The position numbers were made by a program, and so were the translations under genes. Below, piece after piece: positions 13,177 to 22,255 of a stretch of DNA of 64,000 bases (its first letter is position 1; every line of letters starts with the position of its first letter). Origin of the DNA: Nageia nagi (lineage: Eukaryota; Plantae; Pinophyta); assembly GCA_050084985.1 (NCBI GenBank), contig JBITNC010000001.1:26350001-26414000 (forward strand), given 5' to 3'. The notes below the pieces were generated by a model. That model was given only the letters and a program-made list of their open reading frames with translations. It did no database searches and was not told the DNA's origin.

Positions 13177-14381
13177 TTGTTGTGGAAGCTCTTCTTTGGT
13201 GTGGAAGCTACATCTTGGAGGTTCATCCTTCTTCACTCCTCATCTTTCACCCCCTTGGTGAGGTAAATTTTAAAGAGCAGGTATAAAGATTCTCCTCATT
13301 TGGTCATTTATTTTGATTATTACATAATGCTACTAACACATTATTTGCTATGTGTTAGTCCTTTTTAAGTTATGATTAACAAGTTGCAATTTTTTACTAA
13401 TCCTCATGTTACTTGCAATTTTAAATTGCTATAGTTCTTTTAAAGGTTAGTATACAACACTTGTAATTTGTTGTTCATGTTATATTGAACTTAAAAGTAT
13501 GTGTTGGTTCAATTATTTGATTAAATGCCCATATATGATGCAAAATTGCAATATTTATACTAACATTTTTTTTATGTTAGTAGTAATGTATTGTTATGAA
13601 ATATCTCATATATACTATCATTAGTGAGTTATTGATATGATCCTAAGCAAAAGGCATCAACATTTTCAAAAATAAAAGGACAATTTTTTTTAGTTGCAAA
13701 GGCTCAATATAAATATATATATATATTTTAGTTTTGTTTAATATAATCAAAAATATATATTATATTTCTTATTTTGTTTTTAACTTTGTTTAAAATAAAC
13801 CCAAACGTATATATATATTTTTATTTCAATCAAAAACATATATATATCTAGTTTTTATATTTTAAAATCTGTTTAAAATATAAAACAAAATAATCAAATA
13901 TATATGTAAATTGTTTATATTTTAAATTCGTTTAAAATATAATAAAACAAACATATATTAAAATCATTTAAATTTAAAACGGGGGGGTCACGATTATTAA
14001 TACATTAATCTCAAATTATTTGGAGGGGGGGTTAAACCGATGCGCAGAGCGCGAACGCGCCTCCCACCGCCTCCTCCTCCTCCTCGCGTGCCACTGGTGG
14101 CTCCTCCATCCACGTGCGCGGCGTTCCTCCGCCACCATGCGCGGCCACCTCACCACCACGCGCGGCCACCTCCACCACCACGCGCGGAGTCTGCCTCCTC
14201 CTCCCCCGCTTGCTCCTCCACCCGTTCGGCGCCGACCCCGAGTCAACCTCCTCTGCTCGCCGGCTCCTACCCCCGATGCTGCCCACCGCTGCACCGTGCT
14301 CCTCCGCCTCCACCACGTGACTGCTTCCTCCTCTCGCGACTGCCTCCTCCTCCACAGTGCAGCCGCTCCTCCGCCCCCGCC

Positions 14382-14613
14382 CACGCACACGAATTACTTG
14401 ACAAGATGCACGATGCAGACACCGTTGCGTGGACTGAACTGATCGTAGACCGCGAAGTTTTCGACTGTCTGACTGCACGAGACATCTTCTCGTGGAAGTA
14501 GTCCTGTAGGCTACCCACGACATGGCTTTCCTCGACAGGCACTGACACTGTTTCGCCAACTGCAACAAACACCAGCAGTAGTTGTGAATGCCATGGTAGA
14601 CATATATGCAAAA
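14382..14613 (+). pseudogene. Captured, internally deleted PLS-class PPR gene fragment in the Copia leader
   Basis: HAHELLDKMHDADTVAWTELIV-DREVFDCLTARDIFSW, then a +1 shift to GYPRHGFPRQALTLFRQLQQ-TPAVVVNAMVDIYAK. These match the S/P PPR consensus AxxVFDxMxxxDVVSWxxxI, GYxxHGxxxEALxLFxxMQ and VxNALVDMYAK. Confidence 0.75.
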
Positions 14614-16018
14614 CTTAAAGCGTCGGGAAGTCAACAGCCGCCCCACGCGCCTCCAACGACCTCCAACGCCTTGGACTCCTTCTGCCGCCCTCCTCCACAC
14701 TCTGGTCTCTCCTGCCACCCCTGCCCAGCTTCTCCACCACCCTGAGGCTTCCACTTGGCTCCTTCCCATTTTTTTTGTCAACTTTAGTTGTTGAGCCTTA
14801 ATTTTTTACCCACTACATATTTACTTTGATTTTTTTAAAAAAAAAACACAAGGGGGGGAGTCATATTTCCAACCACACAGCATTTAATTGTTTATTGACT
14901 TAGGAGTATTTTTTTTTAATGCTTCAACTAGGAGCACCCATTAAATGCACTTAGGAGTACTTAGACTATTTCTAATATTCTACTCCCCATTGCATGTTTA
15001 ATTTAAGTGCATATGCAATCTCTAAGCATAGTTCAAAGGGATAAAACTTTAAGTAAAAAGGGGGGCATTAGTATAAATTTTTACTTAAATTTTATCTAGA
15101 TGTTGCATGCTAGACTTATGATGCATGTATCTTGTTTGAAGAATAAAACATGCTTAGGACTTAAATTTTTAATGCATGATGCATGCTTACTTAAATTTTT
15201 AAGTCATGATACAATGCATGTTATGAATTAAATACTAAGTAGGACTTAGTTCATTGTTTAATTCATTAAGTGCTTGAATAAAGTGAGAAAAATATGAACA
15301 ATGTAAACGTCCTTTAGGGGTTAGAACAAAACCCATTGGACTCAATTTTTTGGCCTCTTAAGGTTTCAAGTTCGTGTGGATGGAGTATTTTTCATCTTAC
15401 TTTATATTTTTTGCACATTTGCTTATACTTGCAATACGCAAAAATTTGAAAAGTAACCCCTAAAATGAATACATCCGCACGTATTTTCCACAACATGACT
15501 TGTTTGGGGAGCCATGAGGTGAGGACAGGGCAGACTGGAGCCCTTTTAGTCCGAAGAACCAAGTGGTGGTAAGTCCATCTTAATTGCCCCTAAGACCTCT
15601 GTTGGATTGGACATAACTCTATTAGGTGGACAGGCATGTGTGTAGTGATACCACATGTCCGCACGTCCATTCAGGGATTATCCTGATAACCTAGGAGGAA
15701 AACTGAAACCCTTAATCAAGATAATTAAAATGGTCGGTCCAAGATACGTCGGATCCTTGGAAAATAGTAGGTACTTCTCCTTGTGAGAGTATATCACTGA
15801 CCAAGGTGAACTGGTTGAGGACTGGTAGTACCTGGGCTCCACCTTGCGGCATCCAGGTGAAGGCCTAATTCTATACAAGAAAACAACCCCAACTTTATCC
15901 TTCTATGGATCGTGGTTAATGAGTTTACACATGTGGGACATGTTTTGTTTTATATGTATAGATGGAAAAATTGTAAAAGTTTACATTCTTATTGCACATT
16001 CATTTGTTTTTTGTAGCA

Positions 16019-19000
16019 ATGGTTGAAACCTTCGTTCCAAAGCACATACTCGATGGTTCCAACTTTGGAATATGGGAACCTCGTATGAAAGCCGAGTTAC
16101 AAGCAAGAAAGCTATGGCAGACAGTTAGTGAAGATGCGGTTGCTCCTACCGATGAGAAGGCTCTTGAAGTATACAACTCAAAGAATGAGTTAGCAACTTC
16201 TATGATTTACCGTGCAGTTTCAGATGATGTCCTTCTCATGATTTCTTCATCAACTTCAGCAAAGGAAGCTTGGGATAGGTTAAAGAAAATCTACCTTGGG
16301 TCCAAATTTTCAAGGAGGTTTACCATTCTACAAAAGTTGTTGCAGTATCGACAAAGTGAAGATGAAAGTGCCTCCATCTACTTAAACAAAATCATTGACC
16401 TCAGGACACAACTGGTTGGTTGTGGATGCAACTGGATCAATGATGAGTTCATGATCTTCATCATTCTACAAAGCCTTACTACAAAGTTCAGCAACTTTGT
16501 CACAGTTATGGAAACAAGGCTCGATGATGAAGAAGATGTCATCTCACTTGATAACCTTTCAAGACTTCTTCTAAAGCATGAGGAAACTTTGAACAAAAAA
16601 ATGTTGAACCTTTCTCCAAAGGACCATAGCATTGCTCTAGGAGCAACCAAAACTCCTTTCAAGAAAAAGTTCAAACATTACAAATTCAAAGACAACAAGT
16701 CCTCATCTACCTTCAGGAAGTATGACAAAAAGGGCAACAACAACAATAATCATGGCAACTACAGGCACAGGAATGATAAAGCAGGATCAAGCAATCCAAC
16801 ACCTCAAGAAAAGTTTGATGGGAATTGTAACTTCTGTGGCATCTTTGGGCACAAAGAGTAAAGATTGTCGCAAAAAGAAATTTGCTCAAAAAGGAAAGGG
16901 AAATGCAAATATGAGAAATTTCAATAATAAAAAGAAGAACAAGCATGCTGCTTCTGTTGCCTACTACTCAATGACTCAAACTATTTCAAATGATTGGATT
17001 GTTGATACAGGATGCACTAATCACATGTGTTATGAAAAGGATAAGTTTGAAAACTTTCATAAGTACAAAAAGGATGCAGTTGTGATAGGTGATAATACAG
17101 TCCTTGATGTTCACGGAATAGGAAGTGTGAAGATTCATGGAAAGACTCTTGACAATGTCTTTTATGTGCCTAAACTAAGGATGAATCTCATCTCCGTGAT
17201 TCAAATTACAAGGAAAGGATGCTCATTTGAGTTTACCTCACACTCTTGGTGTGTTAAGAAAGGACTTGCCACTTTGATGAAAGGATCAGTAAAGAATGAC
17301 CTTTATATTGTGGATCAAGTACCTTCAAAGATTTGTCTTGCTACAAATGTTTGTTCAAAAGGTAATCTTTGGCATCAACGATTAGGACACCTTAACCACA
17401 AGAGTATTCAAGCTATGAAAACTCAAGAACTTGTGGAAGGTTTACCTAATATTTCACCCATAGTTGGTCTTTGTGAAAGGTGCATTCTAGGAAAGATGCA
17501 TAGGCAAAAGTTTGAAAAAGATAAGGCAACTCGGGCTACTTGTCCTCTTCAGCTTGTGCATTCAGATTTGATGGGTCCTTTTCAGACTAAGTCACTAGGT
17601 GGAGCATCTTATGTTCTGACCTTCATTGATGACTTCAGTAGGATGACATTTGGTTATCTACTTGAGCACAAGGATCAAACTTTTGACAGTTTCAAGACTT
17701 CAAGGCACTTGTTGAAAATCAAACTGATTTTAAGATCAAAATGCTAAGATCTGACAATGGGGGTGAATATAATAGCAATGAGTTTAACGACTTTTGTGTT
17801 AAACACGGGATTAAGCGACAATTCACAATCCCATACACCCCTCAACAAAATGGAGTTGCTGAAAGGAAGAATCGCACCATTATGGAAATGGCAAGATGCA
17901 TGTTGGGTAACCTTCCTAGTTTCTTATGGGGCGAAGCTGTTCACACTGCTATTCACACCCTAAATAGGTGTCCTACTAAGGCAGTTGAAGGTAAAACTCC
18001 ATATGAAGCATGGACAGGAAAGAAACCTAACCTCTCACACTTCAGGGTCTTCGGTTGTGATGCATTTGCCTTCATTACCTCAGAGAAAAGAAAGAAGCTC
18101 GATAAACGATCAGAAAAATGCATCTTTGTGGGGTATGATAATCAGCATAGAGGTTACAGGCTCTACTCTTCATCCCATAAAATAGTCTTTGTGTCTAGGG
18201 ATGTTAAGTTCAATGAACTTTCTGAGGATACGACCTCTCATGCTGAAGTGTCTGATACAGATGATTCTTCGCCTGCACCTAACTGGTTGGATGAGCATGT
18301 AGAGAAGTCACCACAAGAGCAAAATTCTCCAGCACAGAGAATTACAAGAAGTATGACCTTGAATAAATCCTTATTTGCCAAATTGATAATATGCATGAGC
18401 CATCAACCTTCAAAGAAGCTTCCAAGCAAGAGTGTTGGATGGAAGCTATGAAAGTTGAGTATGAGGCTCTCATGAAAAATGAAACTTGGGATTTGGTTCC
18501 TTATCCCAATGAGAAAAATGTGATTGGCAATAAATGGATATACAAGGTCAAGTACAATTCTGATGGAAAAATTGAGAAATACAAGGCAAGGTTAGTAGCC
18601 AAAGGATTCGCTCAGAAATATGGTATTGATTATGAGGAAACCTTTGCTCCTGTAGCCAAGATGCCTACTGTCAGAATAATTCTTGCTCTTTCTGCAGCTC
18701 AAGGATGGAAAGCTTTTCAACTTGATGTCAAAAGTGCATTTCTCAATGGTGACTTGGATGTTGAAATCTACATGAATCAACCAGAAGGATTTATTCCAGA
18801 AGGAAAAGAGACTCTTGTGTGTAAGCTAAAGAAGTCTTTGTATGGACTTAAGCAAGCACCTAGAGCATGGTACAAGAAAATTTCAGGATTCTTTGCAGAT
18901 ATTGGTTTTTCCAAGTGCTTCTCAGATTCAGATCTCTATGTACTCAATCAAGGACAAGACGTGGTCATAATTCTCCTTTATGTTGATGATCTTCTCATAA

Positions 19001-19943
19001 CAGGCAATAATATTGAAATCATCCAAGAGTGCATCTCCAAACTCAAGGCAACATTTGAAATGACTGATCTAGGTCTATTGCATTACTATCTTGGGATGCA
19101 AGTATACCAACACAAAGATTGTACTTATCTTAGTCAATCTAAGTATATATCAGACATCTTGCAAAAGTTTGGAATGGAAGAGTGTAAATATGCTGCAATA
19201 CCTGTTTCTCCTGGAATCGTTGTATCACTGAGCTCAGATTCTCAGTTGGCTGATGCTACAGCTTATAGACAATTGATTGGTAGTCTTCTGTATCTGACTA
19301 TCTCTCGTCTGATATTGCCTTTGCAGTGAATCTGATGGCACGATTCATGCAAAAACCATATGTTGAACACCTCAATGCTGTTAAGCAAATCTTGAGGTAT
19401 GTCGCAGGGACAAAGGATCTTGCTCTTAAGTATTCCAAAGTGCCCTCGATTGTTCTCTCAGGGTTCTCAGATTCTGATTATGGGGGAGATAGAGCTGACA
19501 GAAAGTCAACCTCTGCATATGTGTTTAGCATTGGTTCAGGTGCTATCTCTTGGGCTTCCAAGAAGCAACCTACTGTGACTCTTTCTACCACCGAAGCCGA
19601 ATATCGAGCCATGTCTGTTGCCGCCCAAGAAGCTATTTGGCTAAGACATCTTCTGAACGAAATTGGGTATACGCAAAATGGCCCATCTCTTATTTCGTCA
19701 GACAATCAATCGGCTATCTCTTTGGCTAAGAATCCTGTGTTCCATCAGCGAACCAAACATGTCGAAATCCAAGCCCATTTTATCAGGGAGAAGGTTCTAG
19801 ATGACATCATCCACTTACAGTATTGTCCATCTACTGAAAACTCCGTTGATTTGTTCACCAAGCCTCTTCCTAAAGCTCAGTTCTGCAAGCTTAGGGATTC
19901 TCTCGGGTTGGTGAAGTTGCCCTCAAGGGGGAGTGAAGTTTAA
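16019..19943 (+). CDS. Copia gag-pol polyprotein (four single-base frameshifts, probably assembly errors)
   Basis: UBN2-type gag; zinc knuckle CNFCGIFGH..DC; protease WIVDTGCTNHM; LWHQRLGH; integrase HSDLMGP/FIDDFSR/RSDNGGEY/PQQNGVAERKNRT; RT QLDVKSAFLNG and LYVDDLL; RNase H SDSDYGG/EAEY/DNQSAI/DLFTK. Shifts near 16855, 17695, 18381 and 19308. Confidence 0.95.
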
Positions 19944-20004
19944 ACTTTTGTTAGTGATGACAACTTCACCTCTAAGAGGCCTTTTTTGAGATTGTACATT
20001 CTAG

Positions 20005-20283
20005 ACCTCCGTGGTAAGTTTGCTCTGCGTGACAAACTTGTTGTACAATTGTTGTTATAGAGTGTTGATTATTTTATACCTCAGTGGTAAGTTTGCTCTG
20101 CGTGACAAACTTGTTGTACATTTTATACCTCCGTGGTGAGTTTGCTCTGCGTGGAAACTTATTGTACAAATTTTGAGCATATAGTTAATATACCTCCGTG
20201 GTAAGTTCGCTCTGCGTGACGAACTTGTTGTACATTCTATACCTTCGTGGTGAGTTTGCTCTGCATGAGAAACTCGTTGTACA
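20005..20283 (+). repeat. Five ~43-bp repeats with a conserved hairpin in the Copia 3' region
   Basis: ACCTCCGTGGTAAGTTTGCTCTGCGTGACAAACTTGTTGTACA-like units start at 20005, 20078, 20127, 20192 and 20241, with variable spacers. Confidence 0.95.
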
Positions 20284-20762
20284 ATTTTTATGCTCTATTT
20301 TAAAATCAACACATGTCTATATACAACAGGTGACTATGAGTGATGGCTTGGCATCTCCGTGATGGCTTATAGTGCACCATTGATCAGTTATTTATAAGAT
20401 GACATTATTTGATTCACTTATTTGAATATATGATGCATCTAACTGATTTTGTTCATGAGTTGCTTGTAGCATGCAGGATCTTCTTTAGAAATGCAGGTTA
20501 CTCACCTTGTGAAAGCAAGCTCATGGAGACTCACATGTCAGCTTAAAGTTGATTGACTACTATGTACAGTGAAACCAGTTGTGGTTAATGATTGTATTGT
20601 AAACCATTTTTTTCAAATGGTAATGTAGTGAGTCTCATACTAGTTCTCAAAAACGATTCTCAAAATATGTAAAAGTTCTCATCTCCACTTGTATCTCTAT
20701 GGAGGAGAACTCTCTCTTACTCTCTCTCTTCTCTCTTCTACGCTCTATCCCAATATTGCATT

Positions 20763-20771
20763 AAGGGGGAG
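20763..20771 (+). promoter_or_regulatory. Polypurine tract
   Basis: AAGGGGGAG immediately before the 3' LTR TG. Confidence 0.93.
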
Positions 20772-21260
20772 TGTTAGAATTTGTAATGAAATATTGTGAA
20801 TATCTAGACTCCTTGTAAATTCAATTAATCACTTAAAGGTATGTAGATACCTTAAGTGATTAATAGAATTCTTTAATATGTAGACTTTGACTTTACCAAA
20901 GGAGTTAGTTGGTAGGTTGAAGTTTGGTGGTACATTTAATGTAACCCTAACCTTACCCTTGGGTTAAAGGAAGGTTAGGGAGGTGCTCTCAACCTATAAA
21001 TAGAGGGCCTCTCCTCATGTAAATATATCTAAGTTTTGAGTAAGATTACTCTACTTGGTTGTGTAGGAGAGAGCTAGAGAATAGTTGTAAGAGAGACATA
21101 GATTTGAGAATAAGAGAACTAGTTGTGGATGTACTCCCAAGGAGGGAGGAACCACATTATATTGATGTGTTATCTTGAGTGATTGTGTTATCTTGTGTAC
21201 ACATGAGTTTCCTAGTCTAAGGTCCTAGAGGATTTGTTTAAATCTAGTTCAAATCCTTCA
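20772..21260 (+). repeat. Copia 3' LTR (489 bp)
   Basis: TGTTAG...CCTTCA followed by TSD AAATG. Confidence 0.97.
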
Positions 21261-22255
21261 AAATGCAACCTCCAAATTCAGCAGGAATGTAGTCCCAAAT
21301 GCTGCCATATTTGTTCATAGAAACACAAATGCAGTCATCACAGAAAGTACAACTGCCACAGCTTCTTCCTTTGCAAAAACAGTCCCAAAAATCAGCAGGG
21401 ATGAAGTCCACAACATCAACAATACTGCTGTTTCAAAGATGAGCAGGTATGCAGCAATGTACATCATCAAGGAGGCCATCCAAGACGTCAAAATTGTAGC
21501 AGCAAACATCAGTGAAAGTGCTGTCCCTATCATCATGGAAAATGTGGCCCAAGACATCATCCATTCTGCAACCAACGTTTCCAATGTTGCAGTAAAAAAC
21601 ACAGCAGTAGGCATTCCAACCATAGCTACCCCAGACGTTCAAATTATGGCAGGAGTCAACACAAGAAATGCAGTCCATACATGACCCAAATTGTCATCCC
21701 AAGTGAGGCAACTGCAGTCATCAACCTCACCCTTATTGTCGTCCCAATCCTTATGAAGTTTGCAGTCTTCTCAGTCTAAATCTCAGCCAACATTTCATCA
21801 GGAATGCAACTTCCCAAATTATCAAAAGTGCAGTCACCACAATCAACAAGAATGCAGTCCTTACATCAAACAAATTCAACACAGCCAAAGGTGAGCAATA
21901 TTTAGCTTGTTGTTTCAGTAGTTCTCCTACATGTTTGCATTGTCTCATCCAACATCCTTGTGAACATCACACCTATGGCTCATTAATAAACTGCTGGTAC
22001 AAAAATCAGAATTGGATTCATACATTTCCAAAGCGTTTTCACAGCTTCCCTTAGTCACAAAGACTTCCTTTCACAAATATGATCGAATGCAATTGAAACC
22101 TCAACCATCATAACAGGTGCAGCACATCAACAATGCAGCCAACCTCATCATCATTGCAGTCTCGAGTGTCATCAGAGATGTTGCCACAAGCATCAAAATT
22201 ACAGCCTCAAATATCCACATGAAGGTTGTCCCAACTCCCAAATTCTCCTTCATGG

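Larger units (their letters stand above)
12676..21260 (+). mobile_element. Full-length, very young Ty1/Copia LTR retrotransposon
   Basis: TSD AAATG at 12671-12675 and 21261-21265. LTRs TG..CA at 12676-13161 and 20772-21260 are nearly identical. PBS-Met, PPT and gag-PR-INT-RT-RH domain order are present. Confidence 0.98.

Noticed and set aside
14016-14781. Overlapping long ORFs (249 aa antisense; Pro/Arg/Gly-rich frames)
   Set aside because: GC-rich low-complexity DNA lacks stops in all frames; only the PPR-like segment has recognisable motifs.
16850-16870. Programmed gag/pol frameshift or readthrough
   Set aside because: The break falls inside the zinc knuckle and resembles three other run-length indels; Copia gag-pol is normally a single ORF.
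20005-20283. CRISPR-like repeat-spacer array
   Set aside because: It lies in a plant retrotransposon 3' region with no cas genes, and the spacers are irregular (6-30 nt) and AT-rich. Kept as an RNA hairpin array.
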